From NCBI GenBank assembly GCA_041750195.1, contig JBGSZX010000043.1, positions 77,650-141,649 of the forward strand: DNA of 64,000 nt, given 5' to 3'. Below are positions 19,175 to 27,583 of the stretch, in pieces. The notes beneath the pieces are model-generated. The model saw nothing but the letters and a program-made list of their open reading frames with translations, searched no databases and had not been told where the DNA came from. Each line of letters opens with the position of its first letter. The stretch's first letter is position 1. The DNA comes from Bdellovibrionota bacterium. GTDB lineage: Bacteria > Bdellovibrionota > UBA2428. Position numbers and translations under genes: made by a program.

Positions 19175-19906
19175 TTATATATTATATGAATTGCGCGCCG
19201 CGTGAGCAACTAAGCTTTCCGCAAATTCCGCCAGATCCGTCAACACCTCACCTTGCCCCCTTGAAATCATTAATGAAATGCCATGTGAAGATTTGTTAAA
19301 GATTGACCCCGGAACCAGATAGACAGATTTTGACATATCGGCGGCGTCTTTGGCCGTTTGCCAAGTACCTGATTTTTTTAGAGCCTCTACAATCAATACA
19401 ATATCGGCATCGGCCGCAATCCAAGCATTGCGCAAAAGCCATGCCTTAGGTCCTAGCCTGGCTCGGAGGCCATCAGCAGATTGTAGGACCCTCGGCACCA
19501 ACAAAGCTGATCCCTTAGTATTTACAATTCTACTAAACAAAGCTGCATTCCATTGTGGTCCAGGCCGCTCGATTGGCCCCACCAACCAGGATCTTGTATC
19601 TAAATTATTTTTTAGCGCCTCTTCATGTGCACAAGCATCGATTCCGATAGCACCACCAGAAACGATGCAGATTGGCGCCCCCCTTAGCATCAACAACAAT
19701 TGCGCAACCACAGCTCGCCCATATTCGGTAGATTTTCTGGTCCCAATTATGGCGAGTCTTAGATTGCTTCTTTTAAAAGTCGCCGCATCACCACGCAAAT
19801 ACACTTCATTACAATTTAACAAATGGGGATACTGCTCGCGAAGTTTAGAAATTTTAGGACACAAAGAACTTAGTGCATGAAGATTTTCTTTCATGCAAAG
19901 CCCCAT
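19175..19906 (-). CDS. dprA: DNA processing protein DprA (Smf), Rossmann-fold domain only
   Basis: The core IIGTRKSTEYGRAVVAQL...VSGGAIGIDACAHEEALK matches the DprA Rossmann domain. At 243 aa it lacks the N-terminal SAM and C-terminal wHTH extensions. Confidence 0.7.
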   Translation of the reverse strand: MGLCMKENLHALSSLCPKISKLREQYPHLLNCNEVYLRGDAATFKRSNLRLAIIGTRKSTEYGRAVVAQLLLMLRGAPICIVSGGAIGIDACAHEEALKNNLDTRSWLVGPIERPGPQWNAALFSRIVNTKGSALLVPRVLQSADGLRARLGPKAWLLRNAWIAADADIVLIVEALKKSGTWQTAKDAADMSKSVYLVPGSIFNKSSHGISLMISRGQGEVLTDLAEFAESLVAHAARNSYNI

Positions 19907-20024
19907 TCAATAATTAGGCCAGTCAGTCAATGTGCTGTGGGTAATGTGCCCTACACCGAAGCCATCATGCGCATAAATAGTGCGATTGAAGTCGAGCTGC
20001 TAAGTCAAAAGCGCGCATTTTTTT

Positions 20025-20084
20025 AAATGTCCAACTATCCGCTTCCAATTATCCGCTTTATAAAATGTCCAATTATCCGCCGCC
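20025..20084. repeat. Three direct repeats of a 13-bp motif TCCAAYTATCCGC in the dprA upstream region
   Basis: aaatgtccaactatccgctt ccaattatccgcttt ataaaatgtccaattatccgccgcc. Copies at 20030, 20045 and 20068. Confidence 0.75.
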
Positions 20085-20492
20085 TATAAAAATATTTACG
20101 TTCCTCAGAAGCCCTCTCTTGCGCGAAACTTTTTTGCTATAGCCAAGTTTTTCGAGACGATTCAAATCAAAATATTCCTTTATCGACTTATAGGATTTTC
20201 TTCCAAGACTCACGATTCTACTTGTCGCCAACGACCGTGATTTATTTAAAATCCATCTTTCATTCCTGAGAAATGAACGCGACCCTATAGCCTTATAAGA
20301 CTTGAGCACCACATGATTTGCATGTTTGCACGACACGGGCCGTGCAGTTTTTGGATTTGATGCTGTGGCGCCTTTAACCGGAGCGCCAGATGCTTTAACC
20401 CAAACTACCGGAGCGCCACCAAATGACATTGATGTCTTGCTAAATTGTTTGAAATGAAACAAATTTTGCTGTTTGCTTTGGATTCGAGTCAC
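20073..20492 (-). CDS. Hypothetical very basic small protein (139 aa)
   Basis: The ORF is flanked by two tandem-repeat arrays. Lys/Arg-rich. No recognisable motif. It could be spurious. Confidence 0.3.
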   Translation of the reverse strand: MTRIQSKQQNLFHFKQFSKTSMSFGGAPVVWVKASGAPVKGATASNPKTARPVSCKHANHVVLKSYKAIGSRSFLRNERWILNKSRSLATSRIVSLGRKSYKSIKEYFDLNRLEKLGYSKKVSRKRGLLRNVNIFIGGG

Positions 20493-20553
20493 TATTTAAA
20501 TACCATACGTCCGTATGGTAGCTATGAAAAAGCAAAAACTAGTCGAGTTATTT

Positions 20554-20595
20554 AGAAGCTCCACATTAGAAGCTCCACATTAGAGGTTCCATATG
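20554..20595. repeat. 14-bp tandem repeat x3 (agaagctccacatt) upstream of the 139-aa basic ORF
   Basis: agaagctccacatt agaagctccacatt agaggttccatatg. Confidence 0.8.
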
Positions 20596-20702
20596 TGACA
20601 CAAACTGCACAATGGAGCATTTCCCCTCGCGCCAAACAATAAGACTGTGAGTGCATCACCCACACGACATCATAAAGACCCAGGCCAGCCGCTGTTTAAC
20701 AG

Positions 20703-22295
20703 TTAAAAAATACTGTCTTCGACATCAACTTCTTCTTCAGAGTTAACAATCCAAAGGGTTCCGGTTCTTTGATCGCGGTCAATTAACAGCGCCTTAGCTT
20801 TCGCAGAATTTCCCACATTAATTGTAATCAGAGCTCCAGGACGAGGACCTACGCCAATCGATGGAAATCGAATTCCCATCAAACCATATTCGGCAGTATG
20901 GACTTCCGCGCCCTCCTGCAATGGAACCAACCTGGTTTGCTCTCGCTCTTCTGGACCAATCGTTTCTTCATGAATCGCCAGCGGAGTAATTCTAAACGAT
21001 CGGTTGACGATCAAATCTCCAGCCTGAACTTCTCGAAACGCTTTAACAACCGTGGCTCTATTGCCCTCAACCTTTAAAGTTCCCAACCAGTTCACACGAT
21101 AATAAGTCGAAAAATCAATATTAATGGTTTTGATTTTTACGATTGGAAATATCCCATCGGCCAAACTCGTCTTAAAGCTGTCGCCCTCTCGATAGAAAAT
21201 TTTCCCAGATGAATTAAATATTTTTGGAATCTCTCCAACACTATCTGGCTTGCTATATAACAAAAAATATTGAAAAGGGGGATGAGGCGCCTGAATCTGC
21301 ATCCGAAGAGTTGCATCAATAAACTCTAAAAGAGTTTTTTCTTTATCCATTTTTGTGAGGGGATAAAGCGCCACATTGCTCGCATCAGAAATATCAGACT
21401 TGTACGCTAGCTCCGGAGCGGAACCTGGATTTCCTGGTTTAAAATCCAATGTCATTCCGGTTGATATGATGTGTGGATTCGTAATCGATGCATTCAAGTG
21501 CCAAATTTTGGGCCATAAAAAGGGCGTTCCAAAAAGCCTCTCCGAAACTTTCCATAAGCTATCTCCCCGATGAACGTTGTATTCCTTGTCGACCATAGGC
21601 CCTGCCCATCGCACCCAGTTTGCATCACTCATCTGTGGCCTCAGTGGAACTCTCCAAAATTTATCTGAAGGAGGCAGCTGATTCCCGGGTTCATCAGACA
21701 AATCAGAACCAAGGCTTCCGGCCTGAAGCTGTTCGGCTTGCTCTAATCGTTTTTCTAAAGCTTGGATGTCGTCTGGCATAGCCATAGGATCTTCCATCAA
21801 ACCACTGCCATCTGAATTGCTGTCTTCCAAATTCGTCGGTTGTGCTAGCAACGGACTTGGAGCGACGGGCTGTTTTACCGCGGGGCTAACGACTTCCATT
21901 TGATCTTCTTCATCTAAATTTTCCGTTTGAGCGGAAGAAGATTCGGATTCCGAATCCGATTTAGCCTCTTTGGTATCGGCCATCTGATCAAACTCTTCTT
22001 CAAGTGCATCGTCACTAAGAGCTTCTTCTTCACTCGTGTCAGACTTTGTGTCGGCCTTCGCCTCCAGATTACTTGCACTTTCACCCAATTCTTCCTCGGC
22101 TTCAGATACTTCTTCTTGTGCCTCTGCCATATTCGAATTTTTCTGGGCCTCTTCAGTCGCTGAAGAGGCAGAATCCTCGGATGATTCTAGATCTGGAAAA
22201 TCCTCAAACGGCGATTCTTCGTCTTGAGCCAAGCCACGGCCTGAGAATGCAAGGGCTAAGACAAAAATAGATAATTTGAGAAATTTAGTTTTCAA
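20703..22295 (-). CDS. Secreted protein with an acidic low-complexity N-terminal region and a LysM peptidoglycan-binding domain
   Basis: Signal peptide present. Long D/E/S-rich stretch. LysM-like YNVHRGDSLWKVSERLFGTPFLWPKIWHLNASITNPHIISTGMTLDF. Confidence 0.6.
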   Translation of the reverse strand: MKTKFLKLSIFVLALAFSGRGLAQDEESPFEDFPDLESSEDSASSATEEAQKNSNMAEAQEEVSEAEEELGESASNLEAKADTKSDTSEEEALSDDALEEEFDQMADTKEAKSDSESESSSAQTENLDEEDQMEVVSPAVKQPVAPSPLLAQPTNLEDSNSDGSGLMEDPMAMPDDIQALEKRLEQAEQLQAGSLGSDLSDEPGNQLPPSDKFWRVPLRPQMSDANWVRWAGPMVDKEYNVHRGDSLWKVSERLFGTPFLWPKIWHLNASITNPHIISTGMTLDFKPGNPGSAPELAYKSDISDASNVALYPLTKMDKEKTLLEFIDATLRMQIQAPHPPFQYFLLYSKPDSVGEIPKIFNSSGKIFYREGDSFKTSLADGIFPIVKIKTINIDFSTYYRVNWLGTLKVEGNRATVVKAFREVQAGDLIVNRSFRITPLAIHEETIGPEEREQTRLVPLQEGAEVHTAEYGLMGIRFPSIGVGPRPGALITINVGNSAKAKALLIDRDQRTGTLWIVNSEEEVDVEDSIF

Positions 22296-22848
22296 AACTT
22301 TTACCCTCTAGAAGCTCTACCAATTTGCTCTCAGCCTTTCCTGCGGCTGGCGTTGCCGGATATTTTCTAATCAATGCCTGCCACTCAATGAGCGCATGAT
22401 CATTTCTCCCAAGATGGACCCAACACAAACCAATCATAAAAAACGCATCTGCAACGGTTGAATCGTCTATTCCTTTATATTTTAGAGTCTTTTTGAGTTC
22501 ACGAATAGCATCTTCAAAATTTCTTCTTCGATACTCCACTTCACCTAATAAAAATTGCGCCTGAGCGGTGAGTTTGTGTTTCGGATAACGTCTTAAAAAA
22601 TCAGTAAGGCTCACAAGTGCCTCAGACTCCTTTCCAAGCCGAATAAGCTGAGTGGCCCTCTCCATATCTCGGCTGGCATCAATATTTGTCGATTCAGAAT
22701 CTGCACGTAAAGGCGTACTGACCAAAAGGCATCCCCAGATACAAAGAGTCAAAATACTAACACCCAAAAAGGGCTGATTAATTATCTTCACTCTCACTAG
22801 TATCATATTCGTATTGAGAGATGTAAAGACGCTGCTCAAAGAGGCCAA
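22285..22848 (-). CDS. TPR-repeat protein with an N-terminal membrane anchor or signal
   Basis: Hydrophobic N-terminus followed by TPR-like helical repeats (AQFLLGEVEYRRRNFEDAIRELKK..., AFFMIGLCWVHLGRNDHALIEW...). Confidence 0.5.
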   Translation of the reverse strand: MASLSSVFTSLNTNMILVRVKIINQPFLGVSILTLCIWGCLLVSTPLRADSESTNIDASRDMERATQLIRLGKESEALVSLTDFLRRYPKHKLTAQAQFLLGEVEYRRRNFEDAIRELKKTLKYKGIDDSTVADAFFMIGLCWVHLGRNDHALIEWQALIRKYPATPAAGKAESKLVELLEGKSFEN

Positions 22849-24308
22849 TCATTGAATAAAAAGACTCTTTGCCCGACTTCAGGATCTCGCCTAGGCAAAA
22901 GGTGCGCCTCGCGTCCTCCGTTTGAATAAATTTTCACTGCCTCTAAAAAAGAAATTTTTTCAGCATCACGAAGCTCCTTCGCACTCGAGAGCAATGTTCG
23001 CATAGGATCAAAAGAAACTATAGGAGCGTCACTACCCAGACTCAATGGCACATTAGCCTCTAAAAGGCTTTTGAGGCGATAAGCGTCTCTATCTAATCTA
23101 GTTTCACCCAAATATTGTTTTGAAAACCTTCGATCTTCGATCTCATGTTCGGGTTGAACCGCCAAAGTCCAAAATGGAAATTCATTTTGCAATCTTTTGA
23201 TCTGTGTCCTTTTTACCAATTGCGCATGTTCGATGCGATGAATTCGCCCACCCGCTTTTTTACAGTGCTCCAAAAGTTCCTTCGACAAAGCCGCACTCAA
23301 CTCTAAAACCTGCTCAAAGGCAGCGTCTCCGATAGCATGAAAACTTAACGCAAATCCTCTTTTTAGAGCGCCACGAGCTTCTTCGATGAGTTCCCTAGTC
23401 TCCCAGAGTTTCAACCCAAAATTATTTGGGTCATCTTCATAGTGATCCGTCAAATTTGCAGTCTTAGCTCCGAAGGAGCCATCCAAATATTTTTTCCAAT
23501 GTCGAACTTCTGCCCGCCGTGTTCCTAGCGCGCATTTGAAATCAAACGAGAATGGGGACAGATCACGTGTATCAACGTCATCAAGCAATATGCCCTGGTA
23601 GTCCATCTTTAAATCGCCGCTTTTTGCCAATTGCAAAACACAATCGTAACCAACGCGATCTAGGCTCATATCTCCAACCGCCGTAATGCCCGCCCTCATT
23701 AGCATCTCTTGCGCATGCAGGAATTGTCCTCGACGGGTCAATGAGCTCGCCTCTGGCAATGCCTTTTGAAGAGCCGCGATTCCATTATCGTCTAAAATAT
23801 TTTTATACTGAGAATTATACTGAGAATTATACTGTGAATTATCTAAAGACGCCGGCAAATACTCCCTCAAGGCCGCATCACTTAGAAGAGCCATATGAGC
23901 GCATTTGCGATAAAGTATCCACGACTTTTCCTGCCCCAACTGCTCCACACACTTCTTATAAAATTCTTCAATCGAAACACCCCATCGCCGCTCATCAAAG
24001 GCATAGGAGATCAAAGTTTCGTCAGATTTATTCTGATGTCCTTTGATGGCTTCAATGTAAGCGTCCGAAGATTCGAAAGAATCTCCAATAATTCGCGTAG
24101 AAAATTCCCCCAACCAACTTACGTGCAAATGAGAATCAAAAAACCCTGCATGTAAGATAGGCCATTTAGAAAAATCTTCAGCACAGTTATCGATAGGGGA
24201 TAACTCTCTTAAGGTAAATTCACCCTCAGAACCTGCCTCAAGAACAGCTTTATGAGGGGCAAAACAATCAGCTTTATTGAGAAGAATAACATCTTTATTG
24301 ATACGCAC
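22836..24308 (-). CDS. Amidohydrolase-family metal-dependent hydrolase
   Basis: N-terminal metal-binding HxH (FFDSHLHVSW) and the overall architecture fit Amidohydro_3-like proteins. Contains an in-frame NSQYNSQYNSQY repeat. Confidence 0.6.
   Translation of the reverse strand: MRINKDVILLNKADCFAPHKAVLEAGSEGEFTLRELSPIDNCAEDFSKWPILHAGFFDSHLHVSWLGEFSTRIIGDSFESSDAYIEAIKGHQNKSDETLISYAFDERRWGVSIEEFYKKCVEQLGQEKSWILYRKCAHMALLSDAALREYLPASLDNSQYNSQYNSQYKNILDDNGIAALQKALPEASSLTRRGQFLHAQEMLMRAGITAVGDMSLDRVGYDCVLQLAKSGDLKMDYQGILLDDVDTRDLSPFSFDFKCALGTRRAEVRHWKKYLDGSFGAKTANLTDHYEDDPNNFGLKLWETRELIEEARGALKRGFALSFHAIGDAAFEQVLELSAALSKELLEHCKKAGGRIHRIEHAQLVKRTQIKRLQNEFPFWTLAVQPEHEIEDRRFSKQYLGETRLDRDAYRLKSLLEANVPLSLGSDAPIVSFDPMRTLLSSAKELRDAEKISFLEAVKIYSNGGREAHLLPRRDPEVGQRVFLFNDWPL
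23807..23842. repeat. 12-bp tandem repeat x3 (actgagaattat) inside the amidohydrolase coding sequence
   Basis: Direct inspection shows actgagaattat actgagaattat actgtgaattat, encoding NSQY x3 on the minus strand. Confidence 0.8.
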
Positions 24309-24418
24309 GACTTTGCCAGATTACCTTTGATCCGGTGCAGATGCGAGGCACTTTTTGACCGAAGGTATTCAATCTCTATCTTGTAAATTTTGCCATTGAG
24401 CTCTATTGTCGCCCCCAT

Positions 24419-25462
24419 ATGACGCAGAAAAAAACCATTGGAGTATTAACGGGTGGCGGTGATTGTCCTGGCTTAAATGCGGTCATCAGAGCCGTCACTA
24501 AACGCGGGCTTTTTTATGGATACGATGTCATTGGGTTTAAATCCGGCTGGAAAGGTCTTCTTGAAAAAGATTTTTTAAAGCTTGGCCACGACGACGTTAG
24601 CGGACTTGTTCACCAAGGTGGTACTTTTTTGGGCACCTCAAGAACTAACGTTTTAAAAGACGAAGCAACCATTCAAAAAACTTTTGATGCCTTCAAAGAA
24701 CTGTCGCTACATGGTCTTGTTGCTGTTGGCGGAGAGGGAACCCTCACTGTCTCAGAACATTTGGCCAACAAAGGCATGCGCCTGGTAGGCGCACCGAAAA
24801 CTATTGATAACGACATAAGCGCAACGGATGTCACAGTTGGTTTTAATACGGCTGTCGAAATTGCAACCGAAGCCATTGATAGACTTAGAACGACAGCAGA
24901 ATCCCATAGACGAATCATGGTTGTGGAAGTGATGGGTCGACATGCTGGATGGATCGCAACTTATGCAGGCATCGCGGGCGGAGCCGATGCTGTTTTAATT
25001 CCAGAACATTCCATGACGGTAGAAGATCTTGTTGAATCTCTTGAGCGCAGACTAAGTCGCGGAAAAAGATACTCAATTGTCGTCGTTGCAGAGGGTGCCA
25101 TTCTAAAACACAAAGGCCAAGAGGCGATGGTGGCAAAAGAACGCACGGATGCCTTTGGACGTCCACAGCTAGGCGGCATTGGCCAAGCTCTATCAAATTT
25201 ACTTGAAGATATTTTAGGCATCGAATGTCGAGTGACAGTCCTTGGACATGTTCAGCGCGGTGGCAGTCCCACAGCTTACGACAGAGTTGTTGGAACCAGA
25301 CTCGGCAGCTTTGCAGTCGACTTGCTTCACCAAGAAAAGTGGGGCCAAATGGCCGCCATCGAAGGCTCAAAAGTTGTGGCCCGAAAGCTCTCTGAGGCTA
25401 CTGGAAAACTAAAAACGGTAGATGATGATCTATGGGACCTAGCAACTAGTTTCTTTGGCTAA
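24419..25462 (+). CDS. pfkA: 6-phosphofructokinase
   Basis: N-terminal GVLTGGGDCPGLNAVIRAV and GGEGT motifs. 347 aa. Confidence 0.85.
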   Translation: MTQKKTIGVLTGGGDCPGLNAVIRAVTKRGLFYGYDVIGFKSGWKGLLEKDFLKLGHDDVSGLVHQGGTFLGTSRTNVLKDEATIQKTFDAFKELSLHGLVAVGGEGTLTVSEHLANKGMRLVGAPKTIDNDISATDVTVGFNTAVEIATEAIDRLRTTAESHRRIMVVEVMGRHAGWIATYAGIAGGADAVLIPEHSMTVEDLVESLERRLSRGKRYSIVVVAEGAILKHKGQEAMVAKERTDAFGRPQLGGIGQALSNLLEDILGIECRVTVLGHVQRGGSPTAYDRVVGTRLGSFAVDLLHQEKWGQMAAIEGSKVVARKLSEATGKLKTVDDDLWDLATSFFG

Positions 25463-25591
25463 ATTTATCCCACCAAGCCCACAAGCCTAAATTATTGATT
25501 TTAAAGTATAACTTTTTGATATACCCGTTCAAACATGGATCTTGCGCCTTAGGCGATTGACGCGACGAGTCCAGCACGTTAGAGTCCCCCC

Positions 25592-26728
25592 GTGCGACGC
25601 ATCATTTTTAGCCTGTACTTCGCCCTTTTTAGCTTCGCAGTCTGGGCATCTGATCCCTGCACTCGCGCCCTAGTCAGCGTCATGGGCCCCACGGATCTTG
25701 CACCTCGGGCTACCAAAAGAAGACTCGAAGACGTGCAAGAACTAAGGCTAGGAACCTATAATACTTACAACTTATTACGAAGTGCCGACGGAAAATATCA
25801 AAAACCGCTCTATAAACAAGAAGGCCTTGCTCGCCCCATTATTTCTAATGACCTCGACATCATTGTTGTCGAAGAAGTTAATGACCTTGCGGAGATGCAG
25901 CAATTCTCTCAGTTTAGGTTGGGGGATAAGTACGAAAGTATTCTTGCCGATTCAAACGATTCGCGCGGTATCAAAATTGGTTATTTTATTAAAAGAGATC
26001 TTCCTTTTAGGATTGAAGTCACAACAAGCAAAGACATGGAAGCCGTTTATCCCGCCACCGGAGAAGTCACAAAAATATATTCGCGCGACCTCCCGGGTTT
26101 ACGTGTTTGGTCGCCCGAACAAAGTGATAACGACGAACCACTTTTGAGTCTTTTTGGCACACACTTTAAATCTAAAAGAGACAAGCCCGGCGATCCGGAA
26201 AGCCGCATTTTACGAAGAATTCAAAATGAAATTTCAGCTTTAGTGGTTGAAAAAGAAATGAATCTTTATCCCCAAAGTGTTGTTATGGTTGCAGGCGACT
26301 TCAACGGAGATGTTCGTGTTGAACCAGAATTCGCCCCCCTTAAAAACATATTAATAGATCTTTTTGATGCGGCAAATCCTCCCATGACGGATGCCGAACG
26401 AATCACACACAGCTTTCACCCCAAAGAGGGCGATACAAAATATAGCCAAATTGATGCCTTTCTTTTGGCTCCCAATGCAAAACCCTATATAAAAAAGGCT
26501 TTTGTGCACAGATATCTGGATGCAAATGGCAATATCAAAACACTTCCTGCAACTTGGGAGGAACGAAATGCAAATCCCTCAGATCATTTTCCGGTCATAT
26601 TCCATTTTGATTTCAAAAAACTTTTGGAAGATCGAGGAGTTCTTCCTCTAACCGTTTCTTGGATCCACATACGATTACTTCAGGCTCAAGATCGACCTGA
26701 TATTGTTTACGAACCTCTCGTTGCATAA
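25592..26728 (+). CDS. Secreted endonuclease/exonuclease/phosphatase (EEP) family protein
   Basis: Signal peptide present. EEP catalytic landmarks LRLGTYNTYNL (N), VVEEV (E), VAGDFNG (D..N) and SDHFPV (DH). The 3' tail overlaps convergent murB by 116 bp. Confidence 0.65.
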   Translation: MRRIIFSLYFALFSFAVWASDPCTRALVSVMGPTDLAPRATKRRLEDVQELRLGTYNTYNLLRSADGKYQKPLYKQEGLARPIISNDLDIIVVEEVNDLAEMQQFSQFRLGDKYESILADSNDSRGIKIGYFIKRDLPFRIEVTTSKDMEAVYPATGEVTKIYSRDLPGLRVWSPEQSDNDEPLLSLFGTHFKSKRDKPGDPESRILRRIQNEISALVVEKEMNLYPQSVVMVAGDFNGDVRVEPEFAPLKNILIDLFDAANPPMTDAERITHSFHPKEGDTKYSQIDAFLLAPNAKPYIKKAFVHRYLDANGNIKTLPATWEERNANPSDHFPVIFHFDFKKLLEDRGVLPLTVSWIHIRLLQAQDRPDIVYEPLVA

Positions 26729-27581
26729 GAGCAATCAGATCCTCAACATCCGTCGATTTTGCCTGATCTACATTTAAGATAAAATTTGCATGCTGTTCTG
26801 AGATCATGGCACCACCAACACGAGTTCCCTTAAGTTTGCATGCTTCAATCAAGCGACCAGCACCCATCTTTGAATTTTCTGGATTTTTAAAAACACTCCC
26901 GCAATTTGGAAAACTAAGCGGCTGGCGATCTCCTCTATAAGACAAAATCATACTTACAATAGAATGTGACTTAGAAATATTTTTAGCCTTTTTTAATTTT
27001 AAGTCGGCACTCAAAACAACGGCTCCATCACTAAAAATTTGGTTTCCGTGTCCCCGATATTTAAACGCCAAATCCTTTGCCTGTAATTCAAAACAATTTT
27101 TCCCGGGACTCCATAATCGTAAGGAATCCACAATATCTGCGTAGGACCCCCATCGAGTGCCGGCATTCATGAACATTCCGCCGCCAATGCTTCCAGGAAT
27201 TCCTGCCGAAAATTCCAGCCCCTCGTATTCATGTGCGAGGGCCCATTCCAACAAATGTGCTTTTAATAAAAAAGAGGGAACACGAACGACGACTTCATTC
27301 TCTGACGAAGACAATATTTTAATTTGTGAAGATGCCTGAACAGAGGCCAAGTGGACCACCACAGCCCTTAGTCCTCCGTCGCGAATGAGCAAGTTTGTGC
27401 CACTTCCCAATAAAAACATTGGAGTCTTGTGTTGATGGCATCGCTCCAATACCGCAATCAATTCCTTTTCTGATGTGGGCTCCACAAAATAGTCGGCGCA
27501 ACCTCCAATCCTAAAGGAGACAAAACTCTTCAAAGGAATGTTTCTTTTAATTCCCTTTTCAAGCTGAAGAACCGTTTTCAA
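26613..27581 (-). CDS. murB: UDP-N-acetylenolpyruvoylglucosamine reductase
   Basis: FAD-binding N-terminus FRIGGCADYF. The length and dcw-cluster context support the call. Confidence 0.8.
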   Translation of the reverse strand: MKTVLQLEKGIKRNIPLKSFVSFRIGGCADYFVEPTSEKELIAVLERCHQHKTPMFLLGSGTNLLIRDGGLRAVVVHLASVQASSQIKILSSSENEVVVRVPSFLLKAHLLEWALAHEYEGLEFSAGIPGSIGGGMFMNAGTRWGSYADIVDSLRLWSPGKNCFELQAKDLAFKYRGHGNQIFSDGAVVLSADLKLKKAKNISKSHSIVSMILSYRGDRQPLSFPNCGSVFKNPENSKMGAGRLIEACKLKGTRVGGAMISEQHANFILNVDQAKSTDVEDLIALMQREVRKQYQVDLEPEVIVCGSKKRLEEELLDLPKVF

Positions 27582-27583
27582 GT

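Noticed and set aside
19350-19880. 176-aa plus-strand ORF
   Set aside because: It lies entirely antisense to the well-supported dprA gene and has no motif. It is a shadow ORF.
18580-20595. Possibility that the short tandem repeats are a CRISPR array
   Set aside because: Units are contiguous with no spacers, only 3-4 copies, and there are no cas genes nearby.
24915-25370. 151-aa and 86-aa minus-strand ORFs inside pfkA
   Set aside because: They are antisense to the highly conserved phosphofructokinase.
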